A stretch of 64,000 nt of DNA from the NCBI GenBank assembly GCA_023398815.1, contig JAEWRW010000049.1, forward strand, positions 23,983 through 87,982, given 5' to 3'. This stretch comes from Bacillota bacterium (GTDB taxonomy: Bacteria > Bacillota > Clostridia > Christensenellales > UMGS416). Below the pieces are notes generated by a model. That model made no database searches, was not told where the DNA came from, and saw only the letters and a list, made by a program, of their open reading frames with translations. Made by a program: the position numbers and the translations under genes. Positions 48,422-57,251 of the stretch are shown here, piece after piece. The stretch's first letter is position 1, and every line of letters starts with the position of its first letter.

Positions 48422-48979
48422 ATGATTAACGCCAGCGACTTTCGAAAGGGAGTCACGATCGAGATTGACAGCAACGTGTTCGTGATTGTCGATTTCCTGC
48501 ACGTCAAGCCGGGCAAGGGCGCGGCTTTTGTGCGCACCAAGATCAAGAACGTCATCACCGGGGCCGTGCTGGAGCGCACCTTCAACCCCACCGACAAGAT
48601 GCCCCGCGCCATCATTGAGACCAAGGACATGCAGTACCTCTACAACGATGGCGAGTTCTATCACTTCATGGACAACGAGAACTTCGAGCAGCTGCCCCTC
48701 ACCCAGGAGCAGGTGGAGGAAGCTCTGCCGTTCCTGACGGAGAACATGAACGTGGAGATCAAGTTCTTCAAGGGCAAGCCCTTCTCGGTGCAGCCGCCGA
48801 ACTTTGTGGAGCTGACCGTGGTGGAGACCGAGCCCGGCTTCAAGGGCGACACCGCCACCAACACCATGAAGCCCGCCAAGCTGGAGACCGGCTACACTGT
48901 CTCGGTACCGCTGTTCATCAACGAAGGCGAGCGCATCCGTGTGGATACCCGCACCGGCGATTACATGGAGCGTGCCTGA
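48422..48979 (+). CDS. efp: elongation factor P
   Basis: [13 protein letters not shown]...[22 protein letters not shown]. 185 aa. GGAGGGA RBS. Confidence 0.97.
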   Translation: MINASDFRKGVTIEIDSNVFVIVDFLHVKPGKGAAFVRTKIKNVITGAVLERTFNPTDKMPRAIIETKDMQYLYNDGEFYHFMDNENFEQLPLTQEQVEEALPFLTENMNVEIKFFKGKPFSVQPPNFVELTVVETEPGFKGDTATNTMKPAKLETGYTVSVPLFINEGERIRVDTRTGDYMERA

Positions 48980-49027
48980 GCACCTTTTCGTGTCGTTGGC
49001 CACTGGCTGACAATCGCTTTGCAGACA

Positions 49028-49056
49028 AAGAGGACGGCTATTGCCGTCCTCTTTTC
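49028..49056. terminator. bidirectional intrinsic terminator between efp and the convergent gene
   Basis: aagaggacggc-tatt-gccgtcctctt followed by ttcgtg. The minus strand reads the same stem followed by tttgtctgc. Confidence 0.8.
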
Positions 49057-49072
49057 GTGTTTACCTTGCGGG

Positions 49073-49570
49073 TCAGTCGTTGTATTGCCCCCCAAAGACC
49101 GCGCCGTTGTGTTTTTGGTACGATGCCGTGTGCGTTTCCGCTTCGGCCAAAAAAGACGGAGCGCGGTACCGGTCATAGTAGAAATTGACAAGCATCTGCA
49201 GGTCGTTGTTGTATTTCTCCACACTGCGGGCGATGACCCTGGTGAACAGCAGCCGTTCCAACGACACCACCCGGAGCGCGTCGTGTTCGATGGCATCCTG
49301 CTCGAAGAAGTCATACCCCAGCAGGGCGATGCTGCGCCAGATTTCAAAGGGCCACAGCACCACGCCCAGGTCGCCGTACAGATCCTTCCGCTCGGCGGGG
49401 TAGCGCCGTGCCAAGGACTGATAGTCGTCGTCGCAGATGACGAGATCGATGTCGGCACCAGCCTTGCGCAGGCCATAGTATTCCATTGCGTTGCCGCCGA
49501 TGAGGATGGGCTTGCTGGTAAAGCACAGGCCCTTGTCGCTCAGCTCTTGTGCAATTTGGTCCAGTTTCAT
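49073..49570 (-). CDS. hypothetical protein, possible nucleotidyltransferase fold
   Basis: 165 aa. GGAGGGAAAAAC RBS. ...PILIGGNAMEYYGLRKAGADIDLVI... resembles the GG.A...G..R...DIDL core of small nucleotidyltransferases of the ANT(2'') type. This assignment is by eye only. Confidence 0.55.
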   Translation of the reverse strand: MKLDQIAQELSDKGLCFTSKPILIGGNAMEYYGLRKAGADIDLVICDDDYQSLARRYPAERKDLYGDLGVVLWPFEIWRSIALLGYDFFEQDAIEHDALRVVSLERLLFTRVIARSVEKYNNDLQMLVNFYYDRYRAPSFLAEAETHTASYQKHNGAVFGGQYND

Positions 49571-49602
49571 GTTTTTCCCTCCATCTCCATTCCTTGCCTA
49601 AA

Positions 49603-49631
49603 AGTATAGCAAATTCCCACCGGATGGGAAT
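49603..49631 (-). promoter_or_regulatory. TATACT -10 (minus strand) with adjacent 7-bp palindrome upstream of the NTase-like gene
   Basis: Minus-strand TATACT is at comp(49603-49608). ATTCCCA-ccgga-TGGGAAT at 49613-49631 occupies the -35/spacer position. Confidence 0.4.
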
Positions 49632-49775
49632 AGAACGAAGTGAATTTAGGAAAATAAAATCGATAGAAACGAACAAATAGACGATCCTGAACCATGAATT
49701 CTGGCATGTGTGCACATTTTCCCAGCGTTGTTGCTTCTGGGCCGTCGCTTGGAATTGCCGTTTCCGGTTCGTCCG

Positions 49776-49804
49776 TCATGTTGCCGTGCACCTCTGCATA
49801 GGTA
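49776..49804 (+). promoter_or_regulatory. sigma-E-like promoter candidate upstream of spoIIIAA (TCATGTT-N14-CATAGGTA)
   Basis: Compared with the B. subtilis sigma-E consensus (xxATAxx-14 bp-CATACAxT). The leader would be very short, because the RBS AGGTGA lies at 49810-49815. Confidence is therefore low. Confidence 0.3.
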
Positions 49805-49822
49805 TTGACAGGTGATGAACAG

Positions 49823-50782
49823 ATGATTGCAGAGAGAACACGGTGCCGCTGGCAAGAGGATCTGCTGGGCTTGCTGCCCCAGCGGGCGGCACGAGCGCTG
49901 CTGGGGTTGCCCCTGGGCGTGGCCGCCGGCATCATTGAGCTGCACATGGGCTGTGACCGGCCGCTACTGGCGGTGGACCGCAGCAGGGACTATTGCCTGA
50001 CCCCGACGGGTGCGGTGACCTACAACCCCGCAGAGGGACTCTATCTCACTGAGGAAGAGTGCGCCCATCTCGTTGACCGTTTCACCATGTACTCCGAATA
50101 CGCCTTTGAGGACGCACTGCGTTGTGGGTTCCTCACGTTGCGTGGTGGCTACCGTGTGGGGTTGGCCGGCAAGGCTGTGCTGCAGGCCGGGTTGGTCAGC
50201 GGGTACAGCGCCTACCGGTCGTTCTGTGTGCGCATCCCCCACGCGGTGCCAGGGGTGGCCGAGCCGGTTTATGGACGCTTACGCGGGGGGAATGCCGTGC
50301 AGAACACATTGGTGGTGTCGCCGCCGGGCATGGGAAAGACCACGCTGCTGCGCGATATGGCGCGGCTTCTCGCCAGCGACCGGCCAGGGCAACCAGCGCT
50401 GCGGGTCTGCGTCGTCGATGAGCGCAGCGAGCTTGCCGGCGGTGCCGGTCCTGACCGCTTTGACGTGGGGTGGAAGACCGACGTGCTTGAGGGCTTCCCC
50501 AAGGCACAGGGTATGATGCTGGCACTGCGCAGCCTGAACCCCCAGGTGCTGGTGACTGACGAGATCGGCACCCCCGAGGACGGAGAGGCCCTGCGGGAAG
50601 CCGTGAACTGCGGCGTGGCGGTGGTGGCGTCGGCTCACGGCGCCTCCATCGGCGACCTGCGTTTGCGCCCCACCCTGCGGGAGCTCTTGCGCGATAACCT
50701 CTTCCGGCTCTTCGTGGTGCTGGATGGCAAACAGGGCGTGGGCGTCATCAGCGCCGTGCAGGAGGGGGGCGACCGGCTATGA
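49823..50782 (+). CDS. spoIIIAA: stage III sporulation protein AA (ATPase)
   Basis: ATG at 49823, 7 nt after AGGTGA. ...IIELHMGCDRPLL... and Walker A VVSPPGMGKTTLLRD. Walker B VLVTDEIG. Confidence 0.9.
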   Translation: MIAERTRCRWQEDLLGLLPQRAARALLGLPLGVAAGIIELHMGCDRPLLAVDRSRDYCLTPTGAVTYNPAEGLYLTEEECAHLVDRFTMYSEYAFEDALRCGFLTLRGGYRVGLAGKAVLQAGLVSGYSAYRSFCVRIPHAVPGVAEPVYGRLRGGNAVQNTLVVSPPGMGKTTLLRDMARLLASDRPGQPALRVCVVDERSELAGGAGPDRFDVGWKTDVLEGFPKAQGMMLALRSLNPQVLVTDEIGTPEDGEALREAVNCGVAVVASAHGASIGDLRLRPTLRELLRDNLFRLFVVLDGKQGVGVISAVQEGGDRL

Positions 50783-51312
50783 CGGTGTTTCGTCTGGTGT
50801 TGGCCGGGGCGCTTCTGGGGCTCTGTTCGCTGCTGGGGGCGCGCAAGGCAGCGCGCCTTGCCCGGCGGGCCAATGCGCTGCAGGAGTTTTTGACCTTTGT
50901 CCGCCACCTGGAGGTGCTCATCCGCGTACATCGCCTGCCCATTCCCCACGCGCTGGGCCGCTGTGCCACCCGGTTTGAAGGCCGCTGGACCGGTCAATAT
51001 GCCGGCAGCTTAGCGCAGGGGTATGGCCAGGGTCAACCGTCGCTGGGGCTTTGGGGCGGGACACTGGCGGCCTTGGCCACCGAGCGGGAGGACGCGGCGG
51101 CCCTGACCGCCGAGGATCGGCAGACGATCGGGCTCTTTGGCGACCAGTTGGGCAAATCAGACCTGCGCACCATTGCCGACAACTACACCTTCCTGACCCG
51201 GCAGCTGCAGGACGGCATTGACGCCGCGCGGGCCGACTGCCACACCAAAGGACGGCTTTACCGCACCATCGGAACGTTGACGGGCCTGGCGGCCGCTGTC
51301 GTCATCGCATAA
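50779..51312 (+). CDS. spoIIIAB: stage III sporulation protein AB
   Basis: ATGA overlap with spoIIIAA. N-terminal TM segment plus ...LQEFLTFVRHLEVLI... Position in the operon supports the call. Confidence 0.85.
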   Translation: MTVFRLVLAGALLGLCSLLGARKAARLARRANALQEFLTFVRHLEVLIRVHRLPIPHALGRCATRFEGRWTGQYAGSLAQGYGQGQPSLGLWGGTLAALATEREDAAALTAEDRQTIGLFGDQLGKSDLRTIADNYTFLTRQLQDGIDAARADCHTKGRLYRTIGTLTGLAAAVVIA

Positions 51313-51325
51313 GGAGGAACGAAGG

Positions 51326-51523
51326 ATGAGCATTGACATCGTCTTCAAGATCGCCGCGGTTGGCATTCTCGTCACCATTCTCAACCAGGTGCTGGTGCGC
51401 TCCGGTCGGGAGGAGATGGCCATGATGACCACGCTCGCCGGCCTCGTCATCGTGCTCTTCATGGTCATCAACATGATTTCCGACCTCTTTCAGAACGTTC
51501 GCAGCGTGTTCCAATTCCAATGA
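51326..51523 (+). CDS. spoIIIAC: stage III sporulation protein AC
   Basis: 65 aa with two TM segments. IVFKIAAVGILVTILNQVL.RSGREE matches the SpoIIIAC pattern. Confidence 0.9.
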   Translation: MSIDIVFKIAAVGILVTILNQVLVRSGREEMAMMTTLAGLVIVLFMVINMISDLFQNVRSVFQFQ

Positions 51524-51538
51524 GAAGGGAGCGTGGGC

Positions 51539-51928
51539 ATGGAGATTGTGCGAATCGCAGCGCTGGGCATCCTGGCGGCGGTGTTGGCGCTGGTCATTCG
51601 CCAGTACCGGCCGGAGCTGGCAATGCAGATTTCCCTGGCGTTGGGGGTGGTGGTGTTCCTGTTCCTGGCGGCCCAGCTCTCGGGCGTCATCACGGTGGTG
51701 CGGGCGCTCTTCGACCGGGCAGGCCTGCTGCCGGAGTACTTCCTGACCATTGTGAAGGCGACGGGCATCGCGTTTATAGCGGAATTTGCCGGCCAAGCCT
51801 GCCGCGACGCCAACGAGCAGGGCATCGCCCAGAAGGTGGAATTGGGCGGCAAGGTGTTGATCCTCTTTCTGGCACTGCCGGTGCTGGTGGCACTGATGGA
51901 GCAAATGCTGGCCATCCTGGGGCAGTAA
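51539..51928 (+). CDS. spoIIIAD: stage III sporulation protein AD
   Basis: ATG at 51539, 8 nt after GAAGGGA. ...GIAFIAEFAGQACRDANEQGIAQKVELGGKV... is the SpoIIIAD signature. Confidence 0.9.
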   Translation: MEIVRIAALGILAAVLALVIRQYRPELAMQISLALGVVVFLFLAAQLSGVITVVRALFDRAGLLPEYFLTIVKATGIAFIAEFAGQACRDANEQGIAQKVELGGKVLILFLALPVLVALMEQMLAILGQ

Positions 51929-51936
51929 TCCGCCTG

Positions 51937-53109
51937 TTGGCAGGGCTGCTGTTGGGGATGCTCCTTCTGGTTGGGGCAACACCTGCCCGGTCGGCAGATC
52001 CCCAGCAGGACGCCGTGGACCAGCAGGTACAGCAGGAGGTGCAGCGCATCCTGGGGGAGCTGGACCTGCAAGACCTGCAGACGGCTCTTGATGAGCTGCA
52101 GAACCCACCGGACGACCTGCGGAACGCTGACCAGCTGGTGACCCAGTTGGCACAGGGGCAGTTCACCTACCTGGGTCAGACGTTCCTCAATTACATGCTG
52201 GACAGCGCACGGGAACCGCTGACACAGGCGGTGGCGCTCTTTGCCGAGCTCTTGCTGTTGGCGGCGGTGTCCGGTGTGCTGGCACAGATGACGCGAGCGC
52301 TGACCGGCGGCGGGGCGGCGAAGATCGCCTCCCTCCTCGTCTATGGGGTCGCGGCGGTGCTCATCCTGCACGGCCTCTGGCAGGCGGTGGATGGGGCGCG
52401 CACCAGCATCACGACACTGCTCAACGTGACGCAGGCGGTGTTCCCGGTGCTGACAGCGCTGCTGGCGGCCAGCGGTGGGTTCGCGTCCACGGCGGTGCTG
52501 CAGCCAGCCTTTGCCGTGGCGGCGCAGACGGCCTCCTGGCTGGTGCGCGACCTGCTGCTGCCGGCGGCGCTGTGCGGCGGGGTACTGAGCGTGGCCGGCA
52601 GCGTCACACAGAAGAACCTGCTGAAGGAGTTTGGGTCCCTGCTGCGCAGCGCAGGCGTGTGGGTGGCCGGGGCGGTCATGACGGTGTTTGTGGCGCTCAC
52701 GGCCATTCAGGGTTCGGCGGCCGTGTCCTACGACGGCATCTCCTTCCGCACCGCCAAGTACGCCGTCGATAGCATGGTGCCCTATGTGGGCGGCATGTTC
52801 TCAGACTTGGCGGATACGTTGGTGGGCTGCTCCTTGCTGGTGCGCAACGCCGTGGGGGTGGCGGGGTTACTGGCGTTGCTGGCGGCGATCATTCCGCCGG
52901 TGCTGAGCGCCCTTGGCATCTACCTGGCCTACCGGCTGGCGGGTGCGTTGGCGGCGTCCTTCGATGCCGACGGGTTGTGTACGGTCATGGGGGAGTCGGG
53001 CAAGGTCGTCATGCTGCTGGTCGTCATCCTGCTCATGACGTTCGTGCTCATGTTCCTGATGCTCACCGTGACCATCGGGGCCGGCAACAGCATTCTGGCG
53101 ATGAGGTGA
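51937..53109 (+). CDS. spoIIIAE: stage III sporulation protein AE
   Basis: Polytopic membrane protein with an N-terminal signal-like segment (LLLGMLLLVGATPARSA). The start is uncertain: TTG 51937 or ATG 51958. The upstream part of the track ORF overlaps spoIIIAD and is rejected. Confidence 0.85.
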   Translation: MAGLLLGMLLLVGATPARSADPQQDAVDQQVQQEVQRILGELDLQDLQTALDELQNPPDDLRNADQLVTQLAQGQFTYLGQTFLNYMLDSAREPLTQAVALFAELLLLAAVSGVLAQMTRALTGGGAAKIASLLVYGVAAVLILHGLWQAVDGARTSITTLLNVTQAVFPVLTALLAASGGFASTAVLQPAFAVAAQTASWLVRDLLLPAALCGGVLSVAGSVTQKNLLKEFGSLLRSAGVWVAGAVMTVFVALTAIQGSAAVSYDGISFRTAKYAVDSMVPYVGGMFSDLADTLVGCSLLVRNAVGVAGLLALLAAIIPPVLSALGIYLAYRLAGALAASFDADGLCTVMGESGKVVMLLVVILLMTFVLMFLMLTVTIGAGNSILAMR

Positions 53110-53113
53110 GGGG

Positions 53114-53404
53114 ATGGCAACGGTATTGACGAGCCTGTGTGTGACGCTGGTGGTGCTGGCCTTCGGCCAGATGCTAGTGGAGGCCGTGCTGCCCGAGGGA
53201 AACATGCGTCGCTATGTGTCCTTCCTCATCGGGGTGGTCGTGGTGTTAGCAACGGTGGGGCTCTTCACCCGGCCCGGCGCGCTCGATCTCGATGCCCTGC
53301 GGCAGGCCGTCTCGCCGGCGGTGGCGGCAGCGCCCACGGCCCAGGCGGCGGGCAACCCCTACGAGGAATACCTCACCAAACTCATCGAATCCCACCGGGA
53401 ATAG
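53114..53404 (+). CDS. spoIIIAF: stage III sporulation protein AF
   Basis: 96 aa. ...MLVEAVLPEGNMRRYVSFLIGVVVV... matches the SpoIIIAF N-terminal pattern. Operon position supports the call. Confidence 0.8.
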   Translation: MATVLTSLCVTLVVLAFGQMLVEAVLPEGNMRRYVSFLIGVVVVLATVGLFTRPGALDLDALRQAVSPAVAAAPTAQAAGNPYEEYLTKLIESHRE

Positions 53405-53427
53405 CGTCGGACAGACCCGCATAGGTC
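53399..53427 (+). promoter_or_regulatory. sigma-E-like internal promoter candidate upstream of spoIIIAG (GAATAGC-N14-CATAGGTC)
   Basis: It has the same GCATAGGT -10-like box as upstream of spoIIIAA, and lies ~16 nt before the GGAGGAGG RBS. An internal promoter at this position is known in B. subtilis. Confidence 0.4.
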
Positions 53428-53455
53428 TATATAAGACAGGGTGGAGGAGGACAAC

Positions 53456-54049
53456 GTGAAGGAATCCGGTTGGCTGCAAGCCTGTATTCACTTCCTGAAG
53501 AAGGAGAACAACCTTCAGATTGCCATCGCCATCGTGGCGGCGCTGGGTCTGCTGACCTTCGTGTTCGGGTCGGAGCTGGCACGGTCGGCTAAGACCCGCG
53601 AGACAGCGCAGACCGTCGTGCCGGCCGAGGCCACCACGGAGGGCACCGACCTGGAGGGGCGGCTGGAAGCCATTCTCTCCCAGGTGGAGAACGCCGGCCA
53701 GGTGCAGGTCATGGTCACCTACGAGACCGGACCGGAGATCGTGCCGGCGCTCAGCGTCAGCACCCAGGAGAATGCGTCCTCCGGCGGGGCCGATGGCAGC
53801 TCCACCACCACGCAGTCCAAAACGGAGAACCAGGAACCCGTGGTAGTGCAGGGGGAGAGCGGCAGTGAACCGCTGGTGCTGGTGGAGAAGGAGCCGGTGG
53901 TGCTTGGTGTCTTGGTGGTTGCGGAGGGTGCTTCCCACATCGACGTGCGGATCAAGCTGATGAACGCGGTAGAGACCGCTCTGCAGATTTCCGCCGATCG
54001 CATCGAAGTGCTTCCGATGAGCACATCAACTATGAAGGAGGATCCCTGA
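53456..54049 (+). CDS. spoIIIAG: stage III sporulation protein AG
   Basis: GTG at 53456, 5 nt after GGAGGAGG (alternative GTG at 53441). TM anchor plus ...LEAILSQVENAGQVQVMVTY...VLGVLVVAEGA...IKLMNAVETALQI... Confidence 0.85.
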   Translation: MKESGWLQACIHFLKKENNLQIAIAIVAALGLLTFVFGSELARSAKTRETAQTVVPAEATTEGTDLEGRLEAILSQVENAGQVQVMVTYETGPEIVPALSVSTQENASSGGADGSSTTTQSKTENQEPVVVQGESGSEPLVLVEKEPVVLGVLVVAEGASHIDVRIKLMNAVETALQISADRIEVLPMSTSTMKEDP

Positions 54050-54568
54050 ATGTCTACCGCAAAACAAAGAATCATCGTGTTGTCCGGTCTGGCGGTGCTG
54101 CTCATCGCCGCGCCCATCCTCAACTACCAGTTTAACTCGGCAGCCGACAAGGCAGCGACGGCCTCGCCCAAGGCAACGGCGACCCAGTCGGTGCAGACCG
54201 GCAGCGACTCGGTCACCACCGGCAATTTCTTCACCGACTACGTGACCGAACGGGAGACTCAGCGCACCGACGAGCTCTCTTATCTCGATTCGGTCATCAA
54301 CGACAAAGATACCGACGCTGCCACCAAGAAGACCGCCCAGGAGCAGAAGACCGCCATCGCCAAATCCATGGAGGTGGAGATGACGGTGGAGAACCTGCTG
54401 AAAGCCAAGAGCTTTGAGAAGGTCGCCGTGCTCTACCACACAGGGTCGGTCAACATCGTCGTGGGGGCGGAGGAGCTGACAGACGCCCAGGTGGCGCAGA
54501 TTCTGGACGTGGTGCGCGCGGAAACCGGCGAATCGGCCCAGAACATCAAGATCATCCCTGTGAAATAG
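54050..54568 (+). CDS. spoIIIAH: stage III sporulation protein AH
   Basis: N-terminal TM segment. ...FFTDYVTERETQRTDELSYLDSVI... and ...VENLLKAKSFEKVAVL... match the SpoIIIAH pattern. Confidence 0.85.
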   Translation: MSTAKQRIIVLSGLAVLLIAAPILNYQFNSAADKAATASPKATATQSVQTGSDSVTTGNFFTDYVTERETQRTDELSYLDSVINDKDTDAATKKTAQEQKTAIAKSMEVEMTVENLLKAKSFEKVAVLYHTGSVNIVVGAEELTDAQVAQILDVVRAETGESAQNIKIIPVK

Positions 54569-54572
54569 TTGT

Positions 54573-54600
54573 TTGCAACGTTGCCGCTGTTTGGTATAAT
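54573..54600 (+). promoter_or_regulatory. putative promoter for asp23-amaP-DUF2273-nusB (TTGCAA-16-TGgTATAAT)
   Basis: TTGCAA at 54573-54578 and the extended -10 TGgTATAAT at 54592-54600. Confidence 0.5.
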
Positions 54601-54625
54601 TGGCGGTACACAGGAGGTGATACGT

Positions 54626-55030
54626 GTGTCTGAGATTAAGAACACCGACGCCATGCAGAGCGAAATTGGCACGGTATCCTTCGCCAATGATGTATTAGCA
54701 ATCATCGCCGGGCTTGCGGCGACGGAGATTGAAGGGGTGGCGGGCATGTCCGGCGGCATCGCCGGCGGTATCGCGGAGCTTCTGGGCCGCAAGAACCTGG
54801 CCAAAGGCATCAAGGTCACCGTCAACGACCGGCAGGTGGCGGTGGACATCAACCTCATCGTCACCTACGGCAACAAGCTGCACGAGGTATCGCGCAACGT
54901 ACAGGCCAACGTTGTGAAGGCGTTGGAGACGATGACGGGGCTCACGGTGGAGCGCGTCAACGTCAACGTTCTGGGTGTCCAGTTTACCAAGGATCCCCTG
55001 CCGGTAGAGCAGGACGCCACGGTGGAATAA
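54626..55030 (+). CDS. Asp23/Gls24-family alkaline shock protein
   Basis: GTG at 54626, 5 nt after AGGAGGTGA. ...SFANDVLAIIAGLAATEIEGVAGM...VAVDINLIVTYG..L.EV..NVQ..V... Confidence 0.85.
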   Translation: MSEIKNTDAMQSEIGTVSFANDVLAIIAGLAATEIEGVAGMSGGIAGGIAELLGRKNLAKGIKVTVNDRQVAVDINLIVTYGNKLHEVSRNVQANVVKALETMTGLTVERVNVNVLGVQFTKDPLPVEQDATVE

Positions 55031-55084
55031 CAGCGGGGCAGGCCCAGTGGCCTGCCTCAACTCTGTGTGTAAGGAGTTGCACCA

Positions 55085-55633
55085 ATGAAGATTGTAGATA
55101 AGTTTCTGCTGGTCGTCGCCCTGCTGGCGCTGCTGGCACTGTCGCTCTTTTTGGGCTGCGTGGCACTGTCGGTGGTGCCTATCACCGGCGTGGCGGCCTA
55201 TCTCAACAGCCTGACCGGCCTTTGGGTGGGCAATGCTCTGCTCATCGGCGCGGTGGCGCTGGTGCTCTTTGTACTGGTCATCCGGCTGTTCTTCGCCGCC
55301 TTCCGCAAGGCGGACCGTTACGTTCATGTGCGGCTGGCCCAGACTGAGCACGGTGAGGTCGCCATCGCCATCCCCACCATCAAGCAGATCGTGGCGGCCT
55401 TCGTGGCCACCAACCCGGACATTGCTGCCAGCTCCTCCGTCGTCCTGCCCCAGGCAGATGGTCTTTCGCTGCGGTTGCGCGTCTGCCCCAAGGAGGGCGT
55501 CGCCCTGCCCGCGCTGACGACGGCCCTGCAGGCTGACCTCAAAAACCACCTGACGACGGTGACCGGTGTGCCGGTCAAAGAGATCGGCGTGCTGGTGGAC
55601 AACAACCGGAACAGTTATTCCGGGAAGGAATAG
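55085..55633 (+). CDS. alkaline shock response membrane anchor protein AmaP-like
   Basis: Two N-terminal TM segments followed by an Asp23-like soluble region. It follows asp23, as in other Firmicutes. Confidence 0.7.
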   Translation: MKIVDKFLLVVALLALLALSLFLGCVALSVVPITGVAAYLNSLTGLWVGNALLIGAVALVLFVLVIRLFFAAFRKADRYVHVRLAQTEHGEVAIAIPTIKQIVAAFVATNPDIAASSSVVLPQADGLSLRLRVCPKEGVALPALTTALQADLKNHLTTVTGVPVKEIGVLVDNNRNSYSGKE

Positions 55634-55636
55634 ACC

Positions 55637-55858
55637 ATGTGGGACGCTGTGTGGGATTTCCTGCGCCGGTTTGGCGGGCGCATTGGCGGCTCAGCCGCCG
55701 GCCTGGCTGTGGCCATTCTCTTCCTGACGCTGGGCTTCTTCCGCACGCTCCTCATCCTGGTATGCGTCGGTGTGGGCTTTGCCGTGGGCATGCTGGTGGA
55801 TGACAGGGAAGCATTTCTGGACATGGTGGGAAAGCTAGTACCTAAAAGCGAACGATGA
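55637..55858 (+). CDS. DUF2273 small integral membrane protein
   Basis: 73 aa with two TM segments. Conserved asp23-amaP-DUF2273 arrangement. Confidence 0.7.
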   Translation: MWDAVWDFLRRFGGRIGGSAAGLAVAILFLTLGFFRTLLILVCVGVGFAVGMLVDDREAFLDMVGKLVPKSER

Positions 55859-55867
55859 GGACGATGG

Positions 55868-56320
55868 ATGAGTAGAAAGAAAGCCCGGGAATCGGCGTTT
55901 ATGCTGCTGTACCGCTGGGACATGATGGACTGCGACAGCGACGGCAACGCCATGACCCTTGATGAAACGATATTGGACAATGAGATCCTGTCGCGTGCCG
56001 ACCTGAACGACGACGACAACAAGTATATCGACGCTGTGTTGGATGGCGTACGTGAGCATCAGGCCGACATTGACACCACCATTGAGGAGGCGGCTGTCGG
56101 TTGGAAGGTCACCCGCATCCCGCGGGTGGATCGTGCCATCCTGCGCCTTGGCGTCTATGAGATTGACTGCCGGGAGGACATCCCGGGGGCTGTGACGATC
56201 AACGAATGTGTGGAGCTGGCAAAGCAATACTCCACCGACCACTCGGGCACCTTCCTCAACGGGGTCTTGTCCACCATATTGAAGCAGCACGGTACCGCGC
56301 CATGTCCGTCCTCGGACTAG
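55868..56320 (+). CDS. nusB: transcription antitermination factor NusB
   Basis: SRKKARESAFMLLY...RIPRVDRAILRLGVYE...P.AV.INE.VELAK.Y....SG.F.NGVL. Confidence 0.93.
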   Translation: MSRKKARESAFMLLYRWDMMDCDSDGNAMTLDETILDNEILSRADLNDDDNKYIDAVLDGVREHQADIDTTIEEAAVGWKVTRIPRVDRAILRLGVYEIDCREDIPGAVTINECVELAKQYSTDHSGTFLNGVLSTILKQHGTAPCPSSD

Positions 56321-57240
56321 ACACCAGCTGTTACACCACCTCCATCGCGGTGGTGGATGGGCCCGAGGTGTTGGAGGATTGTCGCACCATTCTCCGTGTG
56401 CCGCAGGGCGAACGGGGTCTTCAGCAGTCGAAGGCCCTGTTTCAGCATGTGCAAAACCTGCCGGAACTCATGGAGCGGATGGACGCCAGCCATCGTGGGT
56501 GGCAGGCCATTGCCGTCAGCACCCGGCCCAGGCCGGTGGACGGCTCCTACATGCCGGTGTTCACCGCGGGTCACGGGTTGGCCCGGTCACTGGCGGCGGC
56601 GCTTGGCTTGCCGCTGTTTGAGACGACCCATCAAGAAGGGCACATCGCCGCGGCGGCGTTCACGACAAACGATCTCCCCGGTGGCGAGCCATTTCTGGCA
56701 TTCCACCTCTCCGGCGGCACCACCGAGCTCATTCGGGCCGTGCCGGGGGAGCGGGGCTATTCCCTTCATCTCGTCGGCGGCACGCTGGACCTGCATGCCG
56801 GGCAACTCGTCGACCGCGTGGGCGTGGCCATGGGTCTGGGCTTCCCGGCCGGCCCCGCGCTGGAAGAACTGGCGCTCGCGTCCTCCGGCCGCATCTCCGG
56901 TGCCATCAAGGCCAAGGTGATTGGCGCACAGTGCAATCTCTCCGGCGCGGAGGCCGCGGCCCAGCGGCTGCTGGCCGGTGGTGCCGACCGCGCAGACGTG
57001 GCCCATGAGCTGCTGGTCTGCCTGGCGGAGACGTTCGCGGCCATGGCCACCCACGCCGCCCGGCATGGGGGGCTCACGAGTGTGTGCTTCATCGGCGGCG
57101 TGGCATCCAACCGCCTGCTGCGGGCGCGGATGACGGAGCGCCTGGCGGCGGCGGGCTTGCGGGCCTGTTTTGCGCCGCCGCGTTTGTCTTCTGACAATGC
57201 GGTGGGCGTGGCATTTCTCGGCCAACAATTTTTACGATAG
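56302..57240 (+). CDS. Kae1/TsaD-family (glycoprotease, ASKHA-fold) paralog
   Basis: ATG at 56302 overlaps the nusB 3' end by 19 nt. [15 protein letters not shown] compares with canonical ETSCDET. The HxxxH metal motif is kept as THQEGHI. 312 aa. Confidence 0.75.
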   Translation: MSVLGLDTSCYTTSIAVVDGPEVLEDCRTILRVPQGERGLQQSKALFQHVQNLPELMERMDASHRGWQAIAVSTRPRPVDGSYMPVFTAGHGLARSLAAALGLPLFETTHQEGHIAAAAFTTNDLPGGEPFLAFHLSGGTTELIRAVPGERGYSLHLVGGTLDLHAGQLVDRVGVAMGLGFPAGPALEELALASSGRISGAIKAKVIGAQCNLSGAEAAAQRLLAGGADRADVAHELLVCLAETFAAMATHAARHGGLTSVCFIGGVASNRLLRARMTERLAAAGLRACFAPPRLSSDNAVGVAFLGQQFLR

Positions 57241-57251
57241 AGGTGGTTTCC

